Source of the DNA: a virus
Taxonomy: Duplodnaviria; Caudoviricetes
Strand: one strand, 5' to 3'
IMG/VR virus record: IMGVR_UViG_3300012167_000093
Coordinates: 1-26,435 of that record
DNA length: 26,435 nucleotides
Shown: in pieces, positions 6,843 to 14,515 of the stretch
How positions within the stretch are numbered: the stretch's first letter is position 1
How the letters are laid out: every line of letters starts with the position of its first letter
Position numbers and translations under genes: made by a program
Notes under the pieces: model-generated
What the model saw: only the letters and a program-made list of their open reading frames with translations
Told to the model about the DNA's origin: nothing
Databases searched by the model: none

Positions 6843-7367
6843 ATGCCTGTATTAGTGAAAGCTCTATACCAAGATCCATTCAGTCCAGTACTTTTCTCAT
6901 CTCCTGCTCTACCTGTAACAGATGAGCAAAAGACTTACGTGAAGAAAGTACTGGACAGAGCATGTTCAGACTCGCGCTTCTCAGATAAAGCGTATGTCGC
7001 TATCACCGCAATCCTCACTGGTGGTAGTGTGAAGGTACAGGCTGTAACTAGTCTGACACCATCAAGTGCGGAGATTGGCGACCCATCATTCACCATTCAC
7101 GTACATGGTACCAACTTTACATCTGGTTCCATCATCGTGTTCAATGGATATGAGGAGCCGACCACATTCGTCTCTGCAACAGAACTGACTACAGGCGTGA
7201 ACATGAGTGTGTGGGCTGCACCTGCTGTACTACCTGTTGGCGTATTGAGTGAGCAGGGTGTACTGTCTAACACCATGAACTTCACCTTCACTGATGGTAC
7301 TCCCGCAGTACTGAGTGCGCAGAAGTCTACTGAACAGAAAGTATTCACACCCCCGACGAAGAAGTAA
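6843..7367 (+). CDS. IPT/TIG (Ig-like) domain protein
   Basis: VTSLTPSSAEIGDPSFTIHVHGTNFTSGSIIVFNG...TTFVSATELT...SNTMNFT; GGGAG SD. Confidence 0.8.
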   Translation: MPVLVKALYQDPFSPVLFSSPALPVTDEQKTYVKKVLDRACSDSRFSDKAYVAITAILTGGSVKVQAVTSLTPSSAEIGDPSFTIHVHGTNFTSGSIIVFNGYEEPTTFVSATELTTGVNMSVWAAPAVLPVGVLSEQGVLSNTMNFTFTDGTPAVLSAQKSTEQKVFTPPTKK

Positions 7368-7395
7368 ATCAGATTCAGTGCGAGCGTAGCGAGCA

Positions 7396-8997
7396 ATGCC
7401 TGTCACTGCAATTAGTCCGGGTCCAGTTACTCCCATCTCTCAGAGTGTAATCTACGCTCTACCTGGATCTCCGTGTATCATCACTACTGGCGTAGCATGT
7501 GAGCGCGCGTCAGTCTATGCAGGTCCATTCACTAGTTGGGCCGGCTCGACTAGTGGTGCGTACAATCATGTAGGTGGATTCGTTCGGTGTCAATCAGGTA
7601 ATACAACCATCCAAGCATTGAAAGTAAAGATGGATGGTTCAGTCTACATGCCGGGTTCTAGTACGCCAGTACGAGATGATGACGCAGCGTATAGTGCGCG
7701 TATAATGAAGGACAGACCATCATACTATTGGAGTCTGAATGATGAGTCTGGACTAGTAGCTGTAGAGAGTGTGAGTGGAGCGAACGGCACGATCTCTGGT
7801 GGAGTGACACTGAATCAGACTGGTGCAGTTGGGAAGTCGATGTTGTTCAACGGTACTACAGGTAAAGTAATCACTACTCCTGTTACGATTACTCCTACAA
7901 CATCGTTTGAATGGTGGTTCAAGACTACAAATGGTGCAGATATTACTTTTTGGGGTATTCCATTAGCAGCTTCTAATGACCGTATTCTAGTGAATACAAA
8001 TACTGCAACACAGATTACTCTTCAAATCTATCATGCGAGTATTGCACAAGTCTCTACTCCAACGACTCAGAACATACCGGGTAGTTTAAGAGACGGAAAC
8101 TGGCATCATCTCGTGTTAGTATTTCCTGGCAATAAAACGATGCAACTGTTTTTAGATGGAGTGTCAAGAACTGTAGACAATCTTCCACTTCAACAAGCAC
8201 TGGTCAATCAAATCACTGAATTTCAAATCGGCCACCATAGCAATTTCGTAACGTGGTGGAATGGTAACATGGACGAAGTAGCCATCTACAATCGAGCATT
8301 ATCAGCCAATGAAATCCAATCTCACTATCTCGCCAAGTTCGGAATCACTGATCCATCCTCCTATGCTGCGAAAGTAATATTGAGTGGGGCGAGTAATTAT
8401 TGGCCGCTGAATGATTCTAGTGGTACAACAGCAGTAGATGTAATTGGTAATGCTGCTGGAACTATTAGCGGCGGCGTCACGCTCAATCAGCCGGGGGTGA
8501 CCGCCGACAGTAAATCGATGACGTTTGACGGGGCGACGGGGAAGATCGTTACGGCGGCAAATGTGCCCTTGCCCTCAGTGTGTACGGTCGAAGGATGGAT
8601 CAAAGCCACGTACAACGCTACACCCCGGCCAGTTTTTACGCTCGGATCGGCACAGGCGCCAGCGTTTGCGATTGCTTCGTCCCGATTGAATGTCTACGAC
8701 AGCGCGAACGCTATCGGCGTGTCCAGTCTCGCGACATTAGCGAATGGGCTCTGGTACCACGCGGTCTGGGTCTTTGATGGCGCGTTAGTACTGTTTTACA
8801 TCAATGGGGTGTTCGATCGGTCGTCGGCGGCGGTTCGTGCCGTGGCGGCGCCTGCGCTCGTGGGGGTGGGGCACGATCCGGCGTTCGGCCCTGATCCACG
8901 CGGCTTCTGGATCGGCTCGTTGCAGGACGTGGCGATCTACCCGCGGGCCTTGAGTGCTACAGAGATTGCACAACATTATTCAGCGAGATTAGCATAA
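7396..8997 (+). CDS. double LamG/concanavalin A-like domain protein (probable virion surface or adhesion protein)
   Basis: Two repeats of YW.LN..SG...GTISGGVTLNQ...EWWFK/EGWIK...WHHLV/WYHAV...DEVAIYNRALSANEI/DVAIYPRALSATEI. Confidence 0.88.
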   Translation: MPVTAISPGPVTPISQSVIYALPGSPCIITTGVACERASVYAGPFTSWAGSTSGAYNHVGGFVRCQSGNTTIQALKVKMDGSVYMPGSSTPVRDDDAAYSARIMKDRPSYYWSLNDESGLVAVESVSGANGTISGGVTLNQTGAVGKSMLFNGTTGKVITTPVTITPTTSFEWWFKTTNGADITFWGIPLAASNDRILVNTNTATQITLQIYHASIAQVSTPTTQNIPGSLRDGNWHHLVLVFPGNKTMQLFLDGVSRTVDNLPLQQALVNQITEFQIGHHSNFVTWWNGNMDEVAIYNRALSANEIQSHYLAKFGITDPSSYAAKVILSGASNYWPLNDSSGTTAVDVIGNAAGTISGGVTLNQPGVTADSKSMTFDGATGKIVTAANVPLPSVCTVEGWIKATYNATPRPVFTLGSAQAPAFAIASSRLNVYDSANAIGVSSLATLANGLWYHAVWVFDGALVLFYINGVFDRSSAAVRAVAAPALVGVGHDPAFGPDPRGFWIGSLQDVAIYPRALSATEIAQHYSARLA

Positions 8998-9545
8998 TGA
9001 GAAAATACGCGCTCATCATTTCAATCATCCTGATTACAGGATGCGACTACAATTTCATCGGGCCGACGATCAACAATAATAATTCAAACTCAAACACTAA
9101 CACCATTGATATTCATGACATCGTAAATTTCGCACCAGTCCCTAATCCTACTACTCCTGTTCCTACAGCTCCGGGTACTCCGGGGCCACCGACTGAGGTT
9201 CCTGTACCAATTCCAGTTACATCGCAGGCATTAGCACAGAAGGTAGCTACAGATAATCCATTCCTTTTGTCTCATTCATGTCCTGAAACATATGGTGAGT
9301 CCGGTTGGGCATTTCTAGACCTCGTAGTGAAGACGCTGCAAGTAAGTGATTCACGCTGGGGATACTTTGTTAAACCAGATGGCACTATAAGTAAAGATGT
9401 AATCGCCTATAGAGCGACATCAGATAATGTGGGCGCGTGGGGAGTTGACATAATCCTCGATAGATGTGGTCAATCGAAGTTTAGTTGGCAGGTCTTAGGA
9501 TTTGATCCTGCTACTTCTTGGTCATTGATTAGGAATGGTAGCTAG
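8997..9545 (+). CDS. lipoprotein
   Basis: MRKYALIISIILITGC has a basic n-region, hydrophobic h-region and lipobox Cys; followed by an Asn run, a Pro/Thr linker and a globular domain (SRWGY...DVIAY...VDII..CG..SWQ). Confidence 0.8.
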   Translation: MRKYALIISIILITGCDYNFIGPTINNNNSNSNTNTIDIHDIVNFAPVPNPTTPVPTAPGTPGPPTEVPVPIPVTSQALAQKVATDNPFLLSHSCPETYGESGWAFLDLVVKTLQVSDSRWGYFVKPDGTISKDVIAYRATSDNVGAWGVDIILDRCGQSKFSWQVLGFDPATSWSLIRNGS

Positions 9546-9553
9546 GAGAAGTT

Positions 9554-10204
9554 ATGGCATTTGGATTGGGCGCATTAGGTGGAGTAGGTAAGGCGATGAT
9601 GAATGCGCCGGGTATGGGCGCAATCAGGAAACCACTCGCGGCAGGAATGCAGAAAACACCGGGATTGAAAGGTGTAGGTAATAAAATTGGATTAGGCCCA
9701 TCCAAACCTCAGCAACAGGGTGGTGGAATACAGCCAGGTATGCAGAATTGGGGCGCACCATCAGGTCCGATGCCACAACGAATGCAGCCGGGTATGCAGA
9801 ATGCTGTACAGAATGCTGGTAATGCAATTGGTCAGGCATTCGGTAGGCCACAACCAATGCAGATGCAGGCACCACCAATGATGGCACCTGAACAGCAGAT
9901 GCAGGAACCTGATCCACAAGCTATTCAAGCAATGCAAAACATGAAGATGCAACAGATGGGTCAGGGAATTGGTAGTGGAATGGGTCAGATGTTTGGTAGG
10001 ATGGGTGGTGGACAAGGAATGATGCGTCCTCAGCCGTATCAGCGTGATATGGGACAGCAGATGAATCAGTTGGCATCACCTGATGAATCATTCGATGAGC
10101 AGCGTAAAAACAAGTTTCAGCAGATGCGCGCTGGTGGAATTGGACCACGATTCGGTATGAGACAGCCACAGATTCAACCTGAACCGGAGCCGCAGCAGTA
10201 CTAA
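9554..10204 (+). CDS. Gln/Met/Gly/Pro-rich low-complexity protein
   Basis: 216-aa ORF with AGGAG SD, fits the operon; composition dominated by Q, M, G and P. Confidence 0.8.
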   Translation: MAFGLGALGGVGKAMMNAPGMGAIRKPLAAGMQKTPGLKGVGNKIGLGPSKPQQQGGGIQPGMQNWGAPSGPMPQRMQPGMQNAVQNAGNAIGQAFGRPQPMQMQAPPMMAPEQQMQEPDPQAIQAMQNMKMQQMGQGIGSGMGQMFGRMGGGQGMMRPQPYQRDMGQQMNQLASPDESFDEQRKNKFQQMRAGGIGPRFGMRQPQIQPEPEPQQY

Positions 10205-10205
10205 C

Positions 10206-11210
10206 ATGGCATTCTTCAGTGCGCTCGGCAACTTTCTGAAACGACCTGAAGAAGATTATGGGGTGTATCAGCCTGTCGAGCAGAGTAGGTCAGGTGGTAT
10301 TGGACCGATGCAGATGCCACAAGTATCACCACCAATACCGAGTGAACCTGTTCCATCTCATGCTGTGACACCACCATCAGGACCAATGGGACCGACTAAG
10401 ATTGGTCCTGAGCCTGGGTTTTTTGGTAATCTGGAACGTCAATATGCTAAAGGAGATATAGAGAATCTAGTTAAATCGACTCAGCGTGTGGTCGATACTA
10501 CGAATATCGGAGCGTCATTGGATGATGTGGCGGCGCGTATGGGCAAACCTGCTGGATCATTCAGTACAGAACTAAAGAGAATATATGATCAGTGGGGCGG
10601 ACATTATAATCTTTCACTTAAGGATAAATCTCGTTACAGTAGTCCTGATGATTCAATAGGATATATTGAAATGGGAGCACGACCTATCGAGGGTCATTTA
10701 CCAATCAGTATGACTTACTTAGGTGATTCATATCATGGCACGGGATTAGGCGGAGAAATGTATCGGGAAGCTATTGAAAAGGTTAAGGAAAAAGGATTCA
10801 GAGGATTGGCGTCTGATCCTGATATGCGAAATGATTTTTCCAATCAAATATGGGATCGTCCTGGTATAACTAGTATCGATCGACCGGGGGGTTATAAGTA
10901 TGAACTAATGTCGGAATACATTCCACGTGGTAAGGATTGGGTATCAACTCCTTTCAAGGGTTTGTTCAAACAGGATATGGCAGAACAGCCCATGTTGCCG
11001 GGAGTAAAGGAATTTCTACTCGACCAAATGAGGAATAAATCCTTCCAATCAGCAGGTGTGCGCCCCAATCCATTACAGAGTATAGTTACACAACAGAATC
11101 AACCCACACCAGATTATAATGCATTCGTTGATCGGCTTATACGTGAAGTAAATTCGAATAAGTCACAGCGTTCACTATTTCCATTCTTTGATTTTCCTGC
11201 TGGTAGATAA
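10206..11210 (+). CDS. protein with a central GNAT acetyltransferase-like domain
   Basis: YLGDSYHGTGLGGEMYREAIEKVKEKGFRGLASD...SNQIWDR matches GNAT motif A and the following helix-strand; Pro-rich N-terminus. Confidence 0.65.
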   Translation: MAFFSALGNFLKRPEEDYGVYQPVEQSRSGGIGPMQMPQVSPPIPSEPVPSHAVTPPSGPMGPTKIGPEPGFFGNLERQYAKGDIENLVKSTQRVVDTTNIGASLDDVAARMGKPAGSFSTELKRIYDQWGGHYNLSLKDKSRYSSPDDSIGYIEMGARPIEGHLPISMTYLGDSYHGTGLGGEMYREAIEKVKEKGFRGLASDPDMRNDFSNQIWDRPGITSIDRPGGYKYELMSEYIPRGKDWVSTPFKGLFKQDMAEQPMLPGVKEFLLDQMRNKSFQSAGVRPNPLQSIVTQQNQPTPDYNAFVDRLIREVNSNKSQRSLFPFFDFPAGR

Positions 11211-12859
11211 TGGATACTGAACAGAAGAAACCAGTATTCTCCTCCAACGAGTGGAGGCCTGAGCCTAAACAGGAACTATTTCTATCAATCCCCACAACTA
11301 TTAAGGAGGCATTTTATGGCGGAGGAGCAGGATCAGGTAAGTCAGATGTACTACTTCTCTACGGAATTGTCCATAGATGGCACGAACACCCGAAGTTCAA
11401 GCAAGTCTTCATGCGGCGTACCTATCCAGAACTTCGAAATGAAATTATACCCAGAAGTAGGGAACTGTATAGAAAGTTTGGAGCAACTCTCAATAAAACT
11501 GAAATGTGCTGGACATTCCCTCGTGAAGATCAATATGGCTCTACAGGTAGAGTTAACGAAGGAGCAATGATCTTTTTAGGTCATTGTGAGAATGAGGATG
11601 ACGTACACCAATATGACACGATGCAAATCTGCCTCTACACGCCGGACGAACTCACGTCAATCACTGAGTGGATCTACACCTATATTACTTTCCAACGAAA
11701 TCGCGCACCCAAAGATTCAGGATTACCGTCCATCACACGCGCAGCTGGAATGCCGGGCGGTATTGGACACACATGGACTTATAAAAGATTTATCAAACCT
11801 TACCCAAAAGGTGGAAAGATTATTGTCGGACGAGGTGGAAATAAGAGAATCTACATACATTCTACTCTTGAAGATAACAAACACATTGACCCAACATATA
11901 AGCAGTCATTACAAGGCATCACAATTGAAGCTGAGCGTAAAGCGAAGCTACTAGGCGATTGGGATGCGTATCAAGGACAAGTTTTCGATGAGTTTAGAGA
12001 CAGGAAGTTTGAGGATGAACCATCGAATGCTATTCATGTGATTGAACCATTTGAGATTCCTCAATGGTGGCCGCGCATGGTAATTGGTGACTGGGGCTTT
12101 GCTGCTATGACTTGGATTGGCTATGCTGCAATCAGTCCTAACAAGAGAGTCTACATTTACCGCGAACAGTATTGGGTTAAGACGAAGATTGCTGAGTGGG
12201 CACCACATGTCAAACTATATATTGACAAGGAATCTCCCCGTCTCATCAGATTCTGTAAGTCCGCAGGTCAGGATCGCGGTCAGGAGCATACAATACAGCA
12301 ACAGATTGAGGATGAACTGGGTCAATCCGTGGAACTCTCCAATAATACTCCCGGTTCGCGCATTGCTGGAAAACTACTCATACACGAATACTTACGGTGG
12401 CAGCCAAAACTGATAAATCAGCAGGAAACACCTGAATACAGCGAAGACTATGCGATGTGGATTATGCGGAATCGAGGAATGGTGGAATACAAGTCATACT
12501 TGAAGTCATTTGAACCACAGGAACCTGAAACGAACATTCCAAAGCTTCAAATCTTCAAGGGATGTGAGATTTTAGTAGAGGCCATTAAGGCGTGTTCATA
12601 TGACAAACCAAAAGGGAATAAACCTGCGGAAGACATCGCGGAATTTGAAGGTGACGACCCAATCGACGGACTCAGATATCTTGTGGATGCAGCTGAGGGC
12701 TTCTTTGATGAATCAAATCAAGAATTTAAGAAGATTCAGGCGCAAGAAGCTCTCGTCAATAAACTGAGTGCGAGTCAGGACTGGACAGGGTTCTACCGTA
12801 ACATGCGTAAGGTAGAGGAAGATGATACAATCAAACCAGTCAGTAGGTACAGACATTGA
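11210..12859 (+). CDS. terL: terminase large subunit
   Basis: PKQELF...FYGGGAGSGKS (Walker A), MRRTYPEL, YTPDELT (Walker B), PGGIGHTW, nuclease acidic motifs VIGDWG and DDPIDGLRY. Confidence 0.95.
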   Translation: MDTEQKKPVFSSNEWRPEPKQELFLSIPTTIKEAFYGGGAGSGKSDVLLLYGIVHRWHEHPKFKQVFMRRTYPELRNEIIPRSRELYRKFGATLNKTEMCWTFPREDQYGSTGRVNEGAMIFLGHCENEDDVHQYDTMQICLYTPDELTSITEWIYTYITFQRNRAPKDSGLPSITRAAGMPGGIGHTWTYKRFIKPYPKGGKIIVGRGGNKRIYIHSTLEDNKHIDPTYKQSLQGITIEAERKAKLLGDWDAYQGQVFDEFRDRKFEDEPSNAIHVIEPFEIPQWWPRMVIGDWGFAAMTWIGYAAISPNKRVYIYREQYWVKTKIAEWAPHVKLYIDKESPRLIRFCKSAGQDRGQEHTIQQQIEDELGQSVELSNNTPGSRIAGKLLIHEYLRWQPKLINQQETPEYSEDYAMWIMRNRGMVEYKSYLKSFEPQEPETNIPKLQIFKGCEILVEAIKACSYDKPKGNKPAEDIAEFEGDDPIDGLRYLVDAAEGFFDESNQEFKKIQAQEALVNKLSASQDWTGFYRNMRKVEEDDTIKPVSRYRH

Positions 12860-13173
12860 TTAAGGAACTGTTCAGAAAGTGGTTCGGGCTTCCTGATCCT
12901 ACCTGCGCAACTTGTGAGGTTCTGCGCGAACAGCTCACGATGAGTGAGCGAGAACGCCGCGAACTGTTAGGCAAGTTGTTGGAAAAGGATAAGCCCGAGC
13001 CTCTTCTTTCTTCATCTAATGCTGAGGATTTACGTCCATTCACTCCACAATTTGTGCCGTGGAGAGTTAAGCAGCAGATGTTGGAAGCAGAGGATCGTAA
13101 GCGCGCAGAATTGATGCGTGGTAAAGCGAAAGAAATCGAGGAGTTGGAACAGGAGTTGGGAGTCAGCAAATGA
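12856..13173 (+). CDS. hypothetical protein (CxxC + coiled coil)
   Basis: TTG start overlapping the terL stop (TTGA); 105 aa. Confidence 0.75.
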   Translation: MIKELFRKWFGLPDPTCATCEVLREQLTMSERERRELLGKLLEKDKPEPLLSSSNAEDLRPFTPQFVPWRVKQQMLEAEDRKRAELMRGKAKEIEELEQELGVSK

Positions 13174-13349
13174 TTTACACGATTCTCGTCCTCGTAATCC
13201 TCGGATTGTGTCTCTATCTAATCGAGACATATATTCCGATGAGTCCCCCGATTAAGTTGGTGATTCGCATCGTCGTGGTGATTTTCTGCGTGCTGTGGAT
13301 ATTGAAAGTATTCGGTATCGCTGATGTTCCTATGCCGAGAGCTAGGTGA
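13170..13349 (+). CDS. 59-aa two-TM membrane protein (Thivi_2564-like; possible holin); not in ORF track
   Basis: Manual translation MIYTILVLVILGLCLYLIETYIPMSPPIKLVIRIVVVIFCVLWILKVFGIADVPMPRAR; ATGA overlap with the upstream gene and fills the gap exactly. Confidence 0.85.
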   Translation: MIYTILVLVILGLCLYLIETYIPMSPPIKLVIRIVVVIFCVLWILKVFGIADVPMPRAR

Positions 13350-13352
13350 ATC

Positions 13353-14081
13353 ATGGGATTCATAAGTAAACTGGCACTAGGAGGCGGCAAAATCGGTAAA
13401 GTTGGCGGTAAGAATCTCCTTAAGTATGGAACAGCATTTATACCGGGCGTAGGTCCACTCGTATCGATGGGTATTAATGCAGCTACTAGTGCTGCTGATG
13501 CGAAGATGGAGGGTGGTAGTTGGGGTGATGCTGTTAAAGCAGGTGCAATCGGCGGCGCTACAGGATACATGGGTGCAGGTGGATTTGGTAAATTAGGAAA
13601 ACTTGGTAAAACCTTAGCTGTTGCAAATACAGTCGCTCCATTAGTAGGAGAAGCCGTGGCATCTCGTAATTCTGGTTCAAATTCGCGCACTTCAGGTATC
13701 GGTCCTTCCACTAATCCGTCCGCTGTGTCGAGAACTGGACAAGCGATGCCTAAAGGTGGATTCAGATACAGCGAGAATCCATTAAATCAGTATGATCAGT
13801 CTAGTCCTAATCTGTCGATGGCACTACATCAAGGGCGACAGGAAGCGATTAGGAATCAGCCATTCCGTAAAGGGTATGACATCAAGACTCTGACGGGATA
13901 CGAGAATGATGACACAACTAAGCCGACATATGCGTATTCGAGTATGCCGCGCATTCAGTCAGATCGACCTGACAAAAAGAAACGAAGAAATTTGGATAAT
14001 TCTGAGGTGACTCCTACTCCAGAAACCGCGAAGAAACGTGGAGGTTTGGCAGGTATTAGAGATAGGGTGCAAGCATACTAA
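13353..14081 (+). CDS. Gly/Ala-rich putative internal virion/ejection protein
   Basis: AFIPGVGPLVSMGINAATSAA...AGAIGGATGYMGAGG Gly-zipper-like N-half, polar and basic C-half; AGGTGA SD. Confidence 0.6.
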   Translation: MGFISKLALGGGKIGKVGGKNLLKYGTAFIPGVGPLVSMGINAATSAADAKMEGGSWGDAVKAGAIGGATGYMGAGGFGKLGKLGKTLAVANTVAPLVGEAVASRNSGSNSRTSGIGPSTNPSAVSRTGQAMPKGGFRYSENPLNQYDQSSPNLSMALHQGRQEAIRNQPFRKGYDIKTLTGYENDDTTKPTYAYSSMPRIQSDRPDKKKRRNLDNSEVTPTPETAKKRGGLAGIRDRVQAY

Positions 14082-14515
14082 TGGTTGCTAACTATAAAAA
14101 GGCTTTTGCGCTCGGCGATCGCTGTAGAACTTGTAATGATATTGTTACAAGTGAAAACTGTGTATGGAGTGGTAATAATCTTAGAGTAGATTGTCGTAAA
14201 TGTTGGACAATCAGAGCAAAGGAATATAATGCTAAAAGAGATATGAAACATCATAATATGAAACATCGATATGGAATGGTTCCAGAAGAATATAACAAGA
14301 AACTGGAATTACAATTGGGTGGCTGTGCAATTTGTAAACAACCTTGTAAAACTGGAAGAAATCTTGCCATAGATCATAGTCATAAAACTAATATACTCCG
14401 AGATTTATTGTGTCAGCGATGCAACGTAGTACTTGGACTTGTGAATGATGATGAGTTGTTATTGTTCGATATGATGGATTATCTCAAACGGCACGAGACG
14501 GAGGTGGCATCATGA
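14081..14515 (+). CDS. endonuclease VII-family (HNH-type) nuclease, probably a free-standing homing endonuclease
   Basis: YGMVPEEY...QLGGCAICK...LAIDHSHKT...RDLLCQRCNVVLG; N-terminal CxxC..CxxC; AT-rich (17/60 GC at 14221-14280). Confidence 0.9.
   Translation: MVANYKKAFALGDRCRTCNDIVTSENCVWSGNNLRVDCRKCWTIRAKEYNAKRDMKHHNMKHRYGMVPEEYNKKLELQLGGCAICKQPCKTGRNLAIDHSHKTNILRDLLCQRCNVVLGLVNDDELLLFDMMDYLKRHETEVAS

Noticed and set aside
7380-7395. GCGAGCGTAGCGAGC short repeat before the LamG gene
   Set aside because: Only one copy seen; too short to assign a function
7396-8997. Diversity-generating retroelement acting on the LamG repeats
   Set aside because: No reverse transcriptase in the window, and the two repeats differ at all base types rather than only at adenines
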